Below, one piece after another: positions 53,551 to 63,462 of a stretch of DNA of 64,000 nucleotides. The position numbers and the translations under genes were made by a program. How positions within the stretch are numbered: position 1 is the first letter of the stretch; each line of letters begins with the position of its first letter. This DNA is from Vulcanimicrobiota bacterium (lineage in GTDB: Bacteria; Vulcanimicrobiota; Vulcanimicrobiia; Vulcanimicrobiales; Vulcanimicrobiaceae): the NCBI GenBank assembly GCA_963833095.1, contig CAWHWQ010000003.1, positions 1 to 64,000 of the forward strand. Reading direction: 5' to 3'. The notes below the pieces were generated by a model. That model saw nothing but the letters and a program-made list of their open reading frames with translations. It made no database searches and had not been told where the DNA came from.

Positions 53551-53940
53551 ATGTCGAAATTCGCACTCGCACTCTTTCTGTTCGCGGCCCTTACGCCGAG
53601 TGTCGCCAGCGCATGTAGCAATCTGTCGCTGGGAAGCGTCGGCGTCAAGAACATGACGAGCGACGGCAAGCTCAACTACTACCAGATCAACGGCGTGGTA
53701 ACCAACAATGGCGCAAACCAGCCGTCAAGCACTCTGCAGGCAGTAGACATCTACAAAGGGCCTGTGAAGAAAGATTCCAAGTCGATCCCCCCGCTCAAGG
53801 CCGGTCAGTCGTTCACCTTCACGTATGTCTCGGATCGTTCGAGCGACGCAGGGAAGGGCACGTCGCATTTGCGCTTTATGCTCGATGAAAAGAATGGCTC
53901 GATGTGTACGGCGGCTTCGCCCGCAACCGTGACGTTCTGA
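53551..53940 (+). CDS. Secreted Ig/CARDB-like protein
   Basis: RBS AAGGAG, signal peptide and VTNNG...IPPLKAGQS pattern. Confidence 0.6.
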   Translation: MSKFALALFLFAALTPSVASACSNLSLGSVGVKNMTSDGKLNYYQINGVVTNNGANQPSSTLQAVDIYKGPVKKDSKSIPPLKAGQSFTFTYVSDRSSDAGKGTSHLRFMLDEKNGSMCTAASPATVTF

Positions 53941-54139
53941 CGTCGTGAAGGGGGGCTGGGCCGCTCGGCCCATGCCCCCAAGTAGGGGCTCAGTGCCCGG
54001 CACGGTAGTGATTTGGACATTAAGGTCACCTTTATTTCCACTGTGTTGCAAACTCGTTTCCAATGTGCGATAAAGATGACCCAAGCGTCATATTGCCGCG
54101 GCGCCGGGAAAGTTTGCACCGTCAGGTGGGGTTACGGGT

Positions 54140-55567
54140 GTGCCTCTCTACGCTGAGCCTCGGGCTTTGCTCGAGGGTGAATTTCCTCTTAGCTCACCAG
54201 AAGCGCTAGCGCTGATACCGCACGCCTTGGCGGTCCGGCACGCGGTTCTTGCCAGCCGCGTCGACGGCGACGAGCTACACATCATCGTTCCGGCTCCCTG
54301 CGACGAGAGCCTCATCGACCGCGTGCACGCCCTGACCGGCCTACGCATCGTTGCGGCCGAGGCGCCGCGCGAAGCCATTCGCAATCGCATCGCCGGCTAT
54401 TACGCGCGACCGGAGCTCGTGTCTGACGAACAAGCGGACGATCCGCCGGCGATACGTGCGGTCGATCGGCTCCACGAAATTGCGCTGCGGCTGCGCGCAT
54501 CCGACATTCATTTAGAGCCGGTTCGCACCGGTGGCCGCGTGCGGCTGCGAGTCGACGGCATCCTCCGCGAGAGCGATCAAATGCCGCGCGAGCTTTTTGC
54601 GTCGATGGTTTCGCGCGTTAAACTTCTCGCGGCAATAGATATTGCCGAACGTCGCTTGCCGCAAGACGGACGCTACCTGCTTGAGCGAGGGGGTCGAACG
54701 CTCGACGCGCGCGTTTCGTCGATGCCGACGATTGCCGGGGAAAAACTGGTGATTCGTCTGCTCGACATGCAGGCGGAGGTTCCCGGGCTTGCTTCGCTTG
54801 GAATGAGTGCGGCGATGCTTGCGCGGTACCGGCAAGCGATCCACGCTGCTCACGGCTTCATCGTGGTCTGCGGTCCGACGGGGAGTGGAAAAACCACGAC
54901 GCTTTATGCCTCACTGGCCGAGCGAAATCTCGATGGTCAGCATATCTGCACGGTAGAGGATCCGGTCGAAGTTCAGATGGCGGGCGTGGCGCAGGTACAG
55001 GTAAACGTGAAAGCGGGCCTGACGTTTGCCTCCGCGCTCCGCGCCTTTCTCCGGCAGGATCCGAACGTGATCATGCTCGGCGAGATGCGCGACGCTGAGT
55101 CGGCAAGCGTTGCATTGTCCGCCGCGCTGTCCGGTCAGCTCGTCATGACGACGCTGCATGCCGGCGATGCGCCTCGCGCGGTTGAGCGTCTGGTGGAATT
55201 CGGTTTGAATCGGCACACACTCGCGGCCGGGCTCTCGGCCATCGTGTCGCAACGGCTCGTGCGCCGGCTTTGCACGGGTTGCCGTCGCCACGTTCCCGGC
55301 GCGCGAGGTCCGGCGTTCGAGTCGTCGGGCTGTACCCGCTGCGATGGCTCCGGTTATCGCGGGCGCGTTGCCATCTTCGAGTTCTTACCGATGACGAATG
55401 CCGTTCGATCTGCAGTTGGGCGGGGGGAGACCGCTCTTGAGCTGGCTGAACTGGCGTCGCGAGCGGGCTACGAGCCGATGTTGACTGAGGGCTTGCAGCT
55501 CGTGGCTCGCGGCGAAACGTCACGAAGCGAACTCGAGCGCGTTCTCGGATCGGGCGAGGTGCAATGA
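54140..55567 (+). CDS. pilB: GspE/PilB family pilus assembly ATPase
   Basis: ASDIHLEP, RLPQDGR, GPTGSGKTTTLY, LRQDPNVIMLGEMRD and CxxC...CxxC motifs. Confidence 0.9.
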   Translation: MPLYAEPRALLEGEFPLSSPEALALIPHALAVRHAVLASRVDGDELHIIVPAPCDESLIDRVHALTGLRIVAAEAPREAIRNRIAGYYARPELVSDEQADDPPAIRAVDRLHEIALRLRASDIHLEPVRTGGRVRLRVDGILRESDQMPRELFASMVSRVKLLAAIDIAERRLPQDGRYLLERGGRTLDARVSSMPTIAGEKLVIRLLDMQAEVPGLASLGMSAAMLARYRQAIHAAHGFIVVCGPTGSGKTTTLYASLAERNLDGQHICTVEDPVEVQMAGVAQVQVNVKAGLTFASALRAFLRQDPNVIMLGEMRDAESASVALSAALSGQLVMTTLHAGDAPRAVERLVEFGLNRHTLAAGLSAIVSQRLVRRLCTGCRRHVPGARGPAFESSGCTRCDGSGYRGRVAIFEFLPMTNAVRSAVGRGETALELAELASRAGYEPMLTEGLQLVARGETSRSELERVLGSGEVQ

Positions 55568-56643
55568 GCGCGACAATTCCGCACATTCGCCTCGTTGACG
55601 TATTGCACGTTGGCCGCCAGCAAGACGCGTCAGATATCCATTTTGTTCCAGAGCTTTGTCCGGCGCTGCGCGTCGATGGCGAACTGCAGTTCCTTACCGG
55701 TTCGCCGCTGTCTGCGGAAGACACGATGGAAATCGCGCGCGCGCTTTTGGAGCCTGAGGCGCTAGCTCGCCTCGAGGCCGGCAATGATGTCTCCGCGACG
55801 CGGCTCACCGACGATCGACTCGTGCTGCGCGTCTACGCGTTTCGCGGGTCGCAGGGGTGTACGCTCGCAATTCGCTTGCTCGACAAGCGCATCCCAACGC
55901 TCGAATCCCTCCAGCTCCCGCCGGTCGTGGCGACGCTGGCGCAACGCGATCGCGGGTTGGTCATTTTCGCCGGACCGACCGGAAGTGGCAAGTCGACGTC
56001 GCTCGCCGCGCTCATCGCCGAGATCAACGCAGCCTCGGCTCGGCGGATTATTACGATCGAAGACCCGATCGAGTACCGGTACGACAGCCTACGATCGCTG
56101 ATCACGCAGCGTGAAGTCGGCAGGGACACGCCGTCCTTCGCTGCGGGACTGCTTGGGACGTTGCGCGCCGATCCGGACGTGATAATGCTCGGGGAGATGC
56201 GGGAGAGCGCGACCATGCGAGCGGCGCTTACTGCGGCCGAAACCGGACATCTCGTCTTTACCACGCTCCACACGGGCAGCGCCGTCCAAACGATCGAGCG
56301 GATCACCGATGCGTTCGGCGGCGCGGAGCAGGCACAGGTACGGTCGCAACTAGCGCAGTCGCTGACCGCCGTCGTTTGCCAGCGCCTTCTTCCACGCAAA
56401 CGTGGGCCCGGACGTCGCGCGGCCGTCGAAGTGCTTCTGGTCAACGACGCGGTTCGCGCGATGATTCGAGAATCGAAGACGCACCTTATCCGCAACGCGA
56501 TGACCACAGGACGCCAACTGGGCATGCAGACGCTCGAGCATCACTTGAGCGAGCTCGTGCTGGGTAGCGAGATCGACCGCGATTCTGCACGGCGCGTGAG
56601 CGAGCGATTCGAGGACGTCGCGATTGACCGGCAGGTAGGGTAA
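55564..56643 (+). CDS. pilT: Type IV pilus retraction ATPase
   Basis: GPTGSGKSTS, TIEDPIEY, QREVG, AAETGHLVFTTLH, AVRAMIRE and GMQTL motifs. Confidence 0.92.
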   Translation: MSATIPHIRLVDVLHVGRQQDASDIHFVPELCPALRVDGELQFLTGSPLSAEDTMEIARALLEPEALARLEAGNDVSATRLTDDRLVLRVYAFRGSQGCTLAIRLLDKRIPTLESLQLPPVVATLAQRDRGLVIFAGPTGSGKSTSLAALIAEINAASARRIITIEDPIEYRYDSLRSLITQREVGRDTPSFAAGLLGTLRADPDVIMLGEMRESATMRAALTAAETGHLVFTTLHTGSAVQTIERITDAFGGAEQAQVRSQLAQSLTAVVCQRLLPRKRGPGRRAAVEVLLVNDAVRAMIRESKTHLIRNAMTTGRQLGMQTLEHHLSELVLGSEIDRDSARRVSERFEDVAIDRQVG

Positions 56644-56649
56644 TCGAGC

Positions 56650-57870
56650 GTGGCATCGATCTACGCGTATACGGCACGCGACGGCGACGGAGGCTTCGTC
56701 GCCGGCTCGCTCAGGGCTGACAACCGTGACCAGGCGCTAGCGCATCTGCGCACTCGGACCTTGTATGTAACATCGATCGCCCCGGCGGATTCGGCGCCCG
56801 CGATGATCGGATCGATCGTCACGGGATGGCCCGTGTCGTCTGCCGCGCGCACCGCGTTCTTTCGTTCGTTTGCAACCTTGATTCGGGCGGGAGTGCCGAT
56901 TCGACGGGCGCTCGACGTGGTCGTGGAGAGTTGCCGCGATGCTCGTTTGCGCGAAGCGTTGCGCTCCGTCTCGAGCGATATCGAGTCGGGCAGCGAGCTA
57001 TCGACCGCGATGTCGAGGCGGCCACGTGAATTTCCGCGCCTCTTCGCCGCGATGATTCGCGCCGGCGAACTTGGGGGCGCGCTCGACGAGATCCTCGAAC
57101 GTTTGGCGACGCTTCTCGAGCGTCATCTGGCGGTTCGCAAGAAGGTTCGTTCTGCGTTAGCCTATCCGCTTATTGTTGCGACTGCCGCACTGGCACTCGT
57201 GCTTTTTCTCGTCGGGAGCACGGTACCGGCATTTGCGTCGATGTTCGCAGAGATGCACGTAGCGCTGCCGTGGTCGACCCGGGTGCTCATCGCGGCCGGG
57301 GGAGCGTTGAAGAATCCCCTCGTTTGGGTTGGGCTTGCCGCGCTTCCGCCGGCGATCATCGCGCTGATCCGGGTCGGACGGCGGGAGGAGCGTATTGCGC
57401 TACGGATCGACCAGCTCTCGCTTGCAACACCGCCTTTTGGCGGGATTCTTCGCAAAGCCGTCGTCGCGCGGTTTTCGCGAACGCTCGGCACGTTGCTGCG
57501 ATCCGGTGTGCCGCTGCTAGAGGCTCTGGACGCGGCGAATGACGTCGTCGAGAACGCCGTGTATTCGCGCCTCACGCGCGACCTCTCGGAAGCATTGCGC
57601 GAGGGAACCTCGATCGCAGAGGCTCTTGAACGCAGATCCCTGTTCGAAGGGCTGGTCCTTCAGCTCGTTCGCGTCGGGGAGGAAACCGGAACGCTCGACG
57701 CGATGCTGTTGCGCATTGCCGATTACTATGAGCTCGACGTGGAAACAGCAGTTGCAACTCTTGGCAGCGTGATCGAGCCGATTTTGATCATCGGGCTCGG
57801 CGCACTTGTCGGCCTCATCGTGGCCTCGATCCTGATTCCTGTCTACTCAATGATCGGAAGCATCAAATGA
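56650..57870 (+). CDS. pilC: GspF/PilC inner-membrane platform protein
   Basis: AGELGGALD, SALAYP, RFSRTLGTLLRSGVP and GEETGTLD motifs. Confidence 0.92.
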   Translation: MASIYAYTARDGDGGFVAGSLRADNRDQALAHLRTRTLYVTSIAPADSAPAMIGSIVTGWPVSSAARTAFFRSFATLIRAGVPIRRALDVVVESCRDARLREALRSVSSDIESGSELSTAMSRRPREFPRLFAAMIRAGELGGALDEILERLATLLERHLAVRKKVRSALAYPLIVATAALALVLFLVGSTVPAFASMFAEMHVALPWSTRVLIAAGGALKNPLVWVGLAALPPAIIALIRVGRREERIALRIDQLSLATPPFGGILRKAVVARFSRTLGTLLRSGVPLLEALDAANDVVENAVYSRLTRDLSEALREGTSIAEALERRSLFEGLVLQLVRVGEETGTLDAMLLRIADYYELDVETAVATLGSVIEPILIIGLGALVGLIVASILIPVYSMIGSIK

Positions 57871-58541
57871 TTGCCATTGACTCCGAACGCGAACGAACGA
57901 TTCATGAGTATCGATACCTGTGCGCGCGTGGCGCCAGAAAATTTATGCGCGACGGTATTGACCGAAGGGATCTCGAGCAGGTCGCCGCGATCGGCTTGAT
58001 CAAGGCAGCGGACCGCTTCGATCCAAGCATCGGCACGCCGTTCGAGGCGTATGCGTGGATGCTGGTGCTCGGTGAACTGATGCACTACGTGCGCGACAGC
58101 GAGCGGGCCGTTCGCGCACCGAGGCGTATGCGGGACCTTGAGCGCCGTTGCGGAGCGGCGGAGCGCGAGCTCTGGGCACAGCTTGGTCGCGAGCCCAAGG
58201 CGCAGGAACTGGCCCATTACCTTGGCGTGAGTGAGGGCGAGTTTCGCGAGATGATACGCTACCGTGATGAAGGCACGCCATTGTCGGTGGACGCCTTGCG
58301 CCCCTACGAGCAGCTCGCGTTATCGTACACGATCGACAGTCAGCTCGACCGCGTGCTCATCGAATCGGGACTCGCGTTGCTCTCAGAGGTCGAGCGCGAG
58401 ATCCTGCGAGAGATTTACGAAAACGACACGCCCATTGGAGAGATTGCGCAACGCTTGGGATACTCGCGGCGGCATATCACGCGTTTGCATCGTGCTGCAT
58501 TGCGGAAATTACAACCGCACGCACGTCCCATCAGCGCGTGA
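57867..58541 (+). CDS. Alternative sigma-70 factor (SigB/F/G-like)
   Basis: DLEQVAAIGLIKAADRFDP, GELMHYVRD, LGREP...ELA and EIAQRLGYSRRHITRL (regions 2, 3 and 4). Confidence 0.9.
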   Translation: MIAIDSERERTIHEYRYLCARGARKFMRDGIDRRDLEQVAAIGLIKAADRFDPSIGTPFEAYAWMLVLGELMHYVRDSERAVRAPRRMRDLERRCGAAERELWAQLGREPKAQELAHYLGVSEGEFREMIRYRDEGTPLSVDALRPYEQLALSYTIDSQLDRVLIESGLALLSEVEREILREIYENDTPIGEIAQRLGYSRRHITRLHRAALRKLQPHARPISA

Positions 58542-58589
58542 TCTTGGCACTGAACTCTGTTGAGGGCGCAGGCCGGAAACGGAGGGCGG

Positions 58590-59048
58590 ATGTCACGTAC
58601 GGGAGAGCGCGGGTTCACACTGATCGAGATGATGATCGTCGTGGCGATCATTGCGATTCTGGTTGCGATCTTGGTCCCGAATTTTATGCGTGCCCGTGCC
58701 CAAGCGCAGACTGCGGCATGCGAAGCGAACCTCAAAGAAATTGCCACGGCCCTCGAGGAATACGAAACCGATCACGAGGCATATCCGGACGTTACGACGG
58801 CAACGAACGTCACCTCTACCGACACGAATCTCGGTCAATACTTGCGCCAAACGCCAATCGACCCGGTTGATCCGAGCGGTTTCTACCAGTACCAAGTCGC
58901 GAACTACAACACCGGAAATGCCAGCTACACGATCATCTGCCCCGGACAACACGACCCCGCGACCCTAGCGGCAGTCGGCGGGGGTACGTCGGCGACGCAC
59001 ATCCAGTACGCATCGGGGACTGGATTCACCGCCGTCGCGAGTCAATAG
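58590..59048 (+). CDS. Type IV pilin / pseudopilin
   Basis: Prepilin cleavage site ERG|FTLIEMMIVVAIIAIL, RBS GGAGG and two Cys residues. Confidence 0.92.
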   Translation: MSRTGERGFTLIEMMIVVAIIAILVAILVPNFMRARAQAQTAACEANLKEIATALEEYETDHEAYPDVTTATNVTSTDTNLGQYLRQTPIDPVDPSGFYQYQVANYNTGNASYTIICPGQHDPATLAAVGGGTSATHIQYASGTGFTAVASQ

Positions 59049-59049
59049 C

Positions 59050-59661
59050 ATGAACGCGCTGATCGTGGCGTCGGCATTCGGCGCAGGTTTAGCGACGAGC
59101 ATTGGACCATGCGTGGCGCCGCGCTATCTCGCCTTAGCAGCAATTGTGGCGGATGCAAGCGGACGCGCCAAGTGGTTGCGCGTTGCAGCCTTTGTTGCGG
59201 GATTGGTGCTCTGCTACGGCGTGCTGGCCGTAACGGCGTCGTTCATCGGAACGTTGGTGGCTTTCTCGCCGCTGATCTACCTCGGCCTTGCGGCATGCTT
59301 TTTGTACGTTGGTCTACGAGCGCTCGCCGTTCGCCAAAGCTGTACGCATCAGCGCCAGCAGGATCGCTCGGCCGGCAGGGCGCTGCTCACGGGCGGTGCA
59401 CTGGGCTTGGTCGTTTCACCTTGCTGCACACCGATTGTCGCGACGATGGCCGGTGTTGCCTCGGTCTCCGGGTCGCCGCTTGCGTCATTCACGGTAGCGC
59501 TCGCGTTTGCGCTAGGACACATCGCGCCGCTCGCGAGCGTCGGTTTAGGGTTGCCTTGGAGTGCGCGGCTTGCCGCAGGTCCGGAGCTTCAAAGCGCGTC
59601 GAGCGTCATCGGCGCCGGCATATCGCTTGCACTCGCCGGCTATTATGGGCTTTTGGCATGA
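59050..59661 (+). CDS. CcdA/DsbD-beta family thiol-disulfide transmembrane protein
   Basis: Six hydrophobic segments with GPCVAP and SPCCTP motifs. Confidence 0.8.
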   Translation: MNALIVASAFGAGLATSIGPCVAPRYLALAAIVADASGRAKWLRVAAFVAGLVLCYGVLAVTASFIGTLVAFSPLIYLGLAACFLYVGLRALAVRQSCTHQRQQDRSAGRALLTGGALGLVVSPCCTPIVATMAGVASVSGSPLASFTVALAFALGHIAPLASVGLGLPWSARLAAGPELQSASSVIGAGISLALAGYYGLLA

Positions 59662-60191
59662 TTGCGTGGAGATCATCGTTACGTCGATTGCTTCTCGTGT
59701 TGATCGCGCTCGCATGTGCGTGGCCGATGCTTCGTCCGGCGATCTCCTCCGCTTTGGTGACAAGGGGCGATGCGCTACTTTACGCTCGCGACACCCGCGC
59801 GCAAATGAAGTATCGCTTGGCCCTGCAGATTGATCCGGGAAATATTGTTGCTGCAGATCGCTATGTCTTCGCCGCATTTCTCCTGCGGACAAACGCTGAG
59901 CTCGAAGATGGCGTCAGGGTAGCGGATCTTGTGTTGCTCAATTACCCAGGTGCGATAAGGGTGCGCATGGATCGCGCCCTGTGCCTTCAACGACTCAGGA
60001 AGTATGCGTTGGCCGAGCGCGATTTCGAACGTGTCGGGGAACAGCGCGGTGACGTTCAAGCGCTGGCGCTGGCTGCGTCGGATGCGGCGAGATCTTCGGA
60101 TTCGGCAAAGGCGAAGCGATTGTTGCGCCTAGCCGAACGTATCGACCCGAAATACACTCCCGTTCGAGTAGCACTGACGAGAGTTCGCTGA
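59658..60191 (+). CDS. TPR-like membrane-anchored protein
   Basis: N-terminal hydrophobic helix; ALQIDP and AERIDP helical-repeat ends. Confidence 0.6.
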   Translation: MIAWRSSLRRLLLVLIALACAWPMLRPAISSALVTRGDALLYARDTRAQMKYRLALQIDPGNIVAADRYVFAAFLLRTNAELEDGVRVADLVLLNYPGAIRVRMDRALCLQRLRKYALAERDFERVGEQRGDVQALALAASDAARSSDSAKAKRLLRLAERIDPKYTPVRVALTRVR

Positions 60192-60781
60192 TGGGGTCAT
60201 CGACTGCTCTTGCACTCTTTGGCGCGTTGCTGCTCTTGCTGGCGATGGCGGCCCGTGCCCGAAGCGATGCCGTAACGCTGCTGCGGCCGGCGATTGTGAT
60301 CCTGACTACCGGTGCGGTGTTGGCGATCCTCTTGGCCGATCGCCGCGGCACGCCGATCTCGGTCTGCGCTATTGCGGCCCTGGCGTGCGCCGTGGTGTCC
60401 GCCGCAAGCGATCTCGCGACGGGCTTGGTCTTCGATCGAGTAACGGTTATCGCGGCGATCGCGATTGTATTCGGGTCGGTCGCCGGCCGCTGCCCCTCCG
60501 TCGCGTTGATCGGTGCGGGCGCGTGTGCGGGCTCAATGCTGACACTGTATGCGGCAACGCGCGGGTGCGGCATTGGGCTTGGTGACGTAAAGCTCAGTGG
60601 CGTCATCGGCGCAGGGCTTGGTGGGGTAGCGTCTCTTGGAGCCATCGGCACGGCGTTTGTCGCCGGAGCACTTTGGGCGGCTCCACTGCTGATCTTCAAG
60701 CGCGTGCGGTCCGGCGACCGTGTTGCCTTTGCGCCGTTCTTAGCCATTGGAGCAATCGCGTGTACGGCCTTAGGCTGGTGA
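60191..60781 (+). CDS. pilD: A24 family prepilin peptidase
   Basis: SDL, GIGLGDVKL and AFAPFL motifs; multiple TM helices. Confidence 0.85.
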   Translation: MGSSTALALFGALLLLLAMAARARSDAVTLLRPAIVILTTGAVLAILLADRRGTPISVCAIAALACAVVSAASDLATGLVFDRVTVIAAIAIVFGSVAGRCPSVALIGAGACAGSMLTLYAATRGCGIGLGDVKLSGVIGAGLGGVASLGAIGTAFVAGALWAAPLLIFKRVRSGDRVAFAPFLAIGAIACTALGW

Positions 60782-60787
60782 GCCGCG

Positions 60788-61765
60788 ATGGCTGATTGGA
60801 AGCTGCTTCCGCTTGGCATCGATTTGGGATCGACACGCGCACGCATCGCGTGCGGTGAATCAAATCGCGAAGGTGCGGTTCGTATTCGAGCCATCGTCGC
60901 GCGCGACGTCCCCAGTGACGCCATTTCGCCGTTGCAAGTCGAACAACCCGAGCTCGTTGCAGCGGTAATCGAGGAGATGATCGCGGAGATCGGCACGCGC
61001 GAGCGCCGTTGCGTGCTTGCAGTTGGTGCTCCGGCCTGTGTCTTGCGTACCGTGCGTCTCCCGAAAATGAGCTGGCCAGAGCGACTGCGAGCAGCGCGCT
61101 TCGAGGCGCAGCGTTTCGCCGGTCGGGATCCCGACGAGGAAGAGGCCATCGTGCGCACCCATCCCGTCGACCGGTCCGCCGGTACTTTTGCGATCGGCGT
61201 TACGCAGCCGTTGAGCATCGACTCGCGCGTAGGCGCCGTTCGGTCGGCCGGATTGCGCGCTGTCGCGATCGACCACGATGCATTCGCGATGCGCCGAATC
61301 TTTCCCGATTGCGATGCGATCGTCGACGTCGGGTCGGAGCGCTGTAGTGTTCATCTTTTTGGAGTGTCGGGACCAATGTCGCTCACCACGCAAACCGGCG
61401 GGGCAACCATCACCCGCGGTATCGCCGCCGAGCTTTCGATCGACATGCCCACTGCGGAACGTCGTAAGCGTATCCTCGGCTGTGCCGGCGCGGGACAAAC
61501 GGCGAGCGATGAAGTCGTGGCGGCGATTGCGTCACTCGTCGATCGAGCGCGGTCACGCGGTGCGGTCGCACGCATCGCCGTTACCGGCAACGGCGCGCGC
61601 CTGCCAAACTTCGCGCGCGACCTCGAAGAAGCCACGAGCGCGGTGACAGAAATGCCCGTTCCAGAGGTGCTGCACACCGGAGCCTATCCCGACGATGTGG
61701 TACGGGCCGCCGCGCCGGATTGGGCGCTGGCTGCGAGCCTTGCGCTGTGGAGCGTCGCAGCGTAG
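60788..61765 (+). CDS. pilM: PilM-like actin-fold assembly protein
   Basis: GIDLGS, IVDVGS, GGATIT and VTGNGARL motifs. Confidence 0.85.
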   Translation: MADWKLLPLGIDLGSTRARIACGESNREGAVRIRAIVARDVPSDAISPLQVEQPELVAAVIEEMIAEIGTRERRCVLAVGAPACVLRTVRLPKMSWPERLRAARFEAQRFAGRDPDEEEAIVRTHPVDRSAGTFAIGVTQPLSIDSRVGAVRSAGLRAVAIDHDAFAMRRIFPDCDAIVDVGSERCSVHLFGVSGPMSLTTQTGGATITRGIAAELSIDMPTAERRKRILGCAGAGQTASDEVVAAIASLVDRARSRGAVARIAVTGNGARLPNFARDLEEATSAVTEMPVPEVLHTGAYPDDVVRAAAPDWALAASLALWSVAA

Positions 61766-62319
61766 TGCGTTTCAACTATTTGCGCGACAGCGAGCCCGAT
61801 GCATTCGAGTACCTTCGGCCGAGCCGAATTCCCGAGCCGCTGCGGACGCCGCTTGCGGCACTTGCTACGATTGTGGTCATCGTTGGCGCGTGGTGGGTCA
61901 TCGAGCAGATGTTACTTGGGCAGGCGCGCGACGAGCTGCAACTGCAAACGTTGCGGCTGAATGCCAGTAAAGTCGAGCTGAGCGAACTCAAATTACGTAA
62001 GACCCGCGTGGAGGCGTTGCTCGCGATCGACACGCGGCTTCGCGAGATTCGTCGCTCTGGGGCGGCGCTTTCAAGCGGCGTTGCCGACATTGCCAATCAC
62101 GTACCGGCGCGCGCCTGGCTTACAAGCATTGTACACGTCGACACCGGGATTCAGATCGACGGTCGCGCTGAAGGACTTGACGGCCTCAGCGATACGGTCG
62201 CCGATTTGATGTCGAGTTCGAGTGCAGCGTCTCCGGACCTCATTCGCGCGAGCAAAGAGAATCGCGATCGTTCGGGCACGATCGTCTCGTTTGAAGTGCG
62301 TGTGAGAGCGACGCGATGA
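61765..62319 (+). CDS. pilN: PilN-like protein
   Basis: FNYL N-terminal motif, TM helix, coiled coil and VPARAWLTSI...IDGRA. Confidence 0.8.
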   Translation: MRFNYLRDSEPDAFEYLRPSRIPEPLRTPLAALATIVVIVGAWWVIEQMLLGQARDELQLQTLRLNASKVELSELKLRKTRVEALLAIDTRLREIRRSGAALSSGVADIANHVPARAWLTSIVHVDTGIQIDGRAEGLDGLSDTVADLMSSSSAASPDLIRASKENRDRSGTIVSFEVRVRATR

Positions 62320-62945
62320 AGGTGGGAGGAGCGCTCACGATGTCCGCCGGCATTCGGATCGTTTGGATGCTCGGTGCGGCGATATTCCTCGGCATCGGCG
62401 TTGGCCTCGTGTGGTGGCCGGCATCGCAGACAATAGCGGCGCTCAAATCGCAGGCAAAGAGCCTGTACGACGAAGCCAACCAGAACGAAGCCGATGTTCG
62501 GCATGCCGCCGAACTGCACTCGCTTGCCAAACGTGTGTCGGACGATGTGCGGGTGCTCTCAGGACAGGGCTCGCAAAGCGCGCTAACGGCTGCGACACTG
62601 AGCTTGCTCAATCGCGAAGCGCGTGCCTTCGGCATCGATGTGCGGTCGATCGTGCCGGCGCCGGCATCTTCGCCCACACCGCCCGTGCAGGGGAAAAGCG
62701 CTTCGAGTAGCGCCCTCGAGGGAACCCCAGTCGAGATCGATGTTCGTGGCAGATTTCGAGACGTGCTCGGCTTCGTCTCAGACCTGCCGCGTCACAATGT
62801 TCTCATCGATGTAAGCGACTTGAACCTTGCTGACGACGGAGACCGTTCGGTCAAGCCGGTTCTGAGTGCGAAAATTCACGCCACCGTTTTCCGCTATCGA
62901 GGCATCGCGGAAGAAGGGACGCAACATGCTTCCGGCACTTTATGA
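62316..62945 (+). CDS. pilO: PilO-like protein
   Basis: TM helix, coiled coil and PVEIDVRGRFRDVLGFVSDL; gene order. Confidence 0.75.
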   Translation: MKVGGALTMSAGIRIVWMLGAAIFLGIGVGLVWWPASQTIAALKSQAKSLYDEANQNEADVRHAAELHSLAKRVSDDVRVLSGQGSQSALTAATLSLLNREARAFGIDVRSIVPAPASSPTPPVQGKSASSSALEGTPVEIDVRGRFRDVLGFVSDLPRHNVLIDVSDLNLADDGDRSVKPVLSAKIHATVFRYRGIAEEGTQHASGTL

Positions 62946-63462
62946 CGACGACCGCCGCTCGCTCGCGCGGCTATCGACGATGTTGATTATCGCAGCGATC
63001 GGCGTATTGCCGCTGACAACACAGAGTTCGTCGGTTGCCGGTGCTGCCGACGTGCGTACGCAGGCAAATCTATCGGATCTTTCCCTACCACCACGTCTCA
63101 CATTTCCGGCATATTCGGTCAGCCGGGATCCCTTCGTTCCCGAGCAGTCGATTCGCGCAAGGCTCGATGGCAGCGCGTTGCGCGTCGGACAAGGGAGCGA
63201 GATTGGAGTCGTCTTGCCGCCGAACGCGGGCGCCGAGCAAAATGGTACGATCGGCTCCATGAGCGGCGCATTGCCAAGCGCACCGATCGTTCGCGCGATC
63301 GTTCTCGGGAATCCGGCCCGCGCGCTCGTGGAGGACGGCAGCAGCGTACGCGTGCTGGGCGTCGGGGATCGCATCGGCGATCTTGCCGTCGCGTCCATAA
63401 CCCCGGAGGGTATTACGCTCTCGGACGGGACGCGATTGTTGTTGGACGTGACCCATCGATGA
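62926..63462 (+). CDS. PilP-like protein
   Basis: RDPF motif, ALVE...VGDRIG...VASIT and position between pilO and the secretin. Confidence 0.6.
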   Translation: MLPALYDDDRRSLARLSTMLIIAAIGVLPLTTQSSSVAGAADVRTQANLSDLSLPPRLTFPAYSVSRDPFVPEQSIRARLDGSALRVGQGSEIGVVLPPNAGAEQNGTIGSMSGALPSAPIVRAIVLGNPARALVEDGSSVRVLGVGDRIGDLAVASITPEGITLSDGTRLLLDVTHR

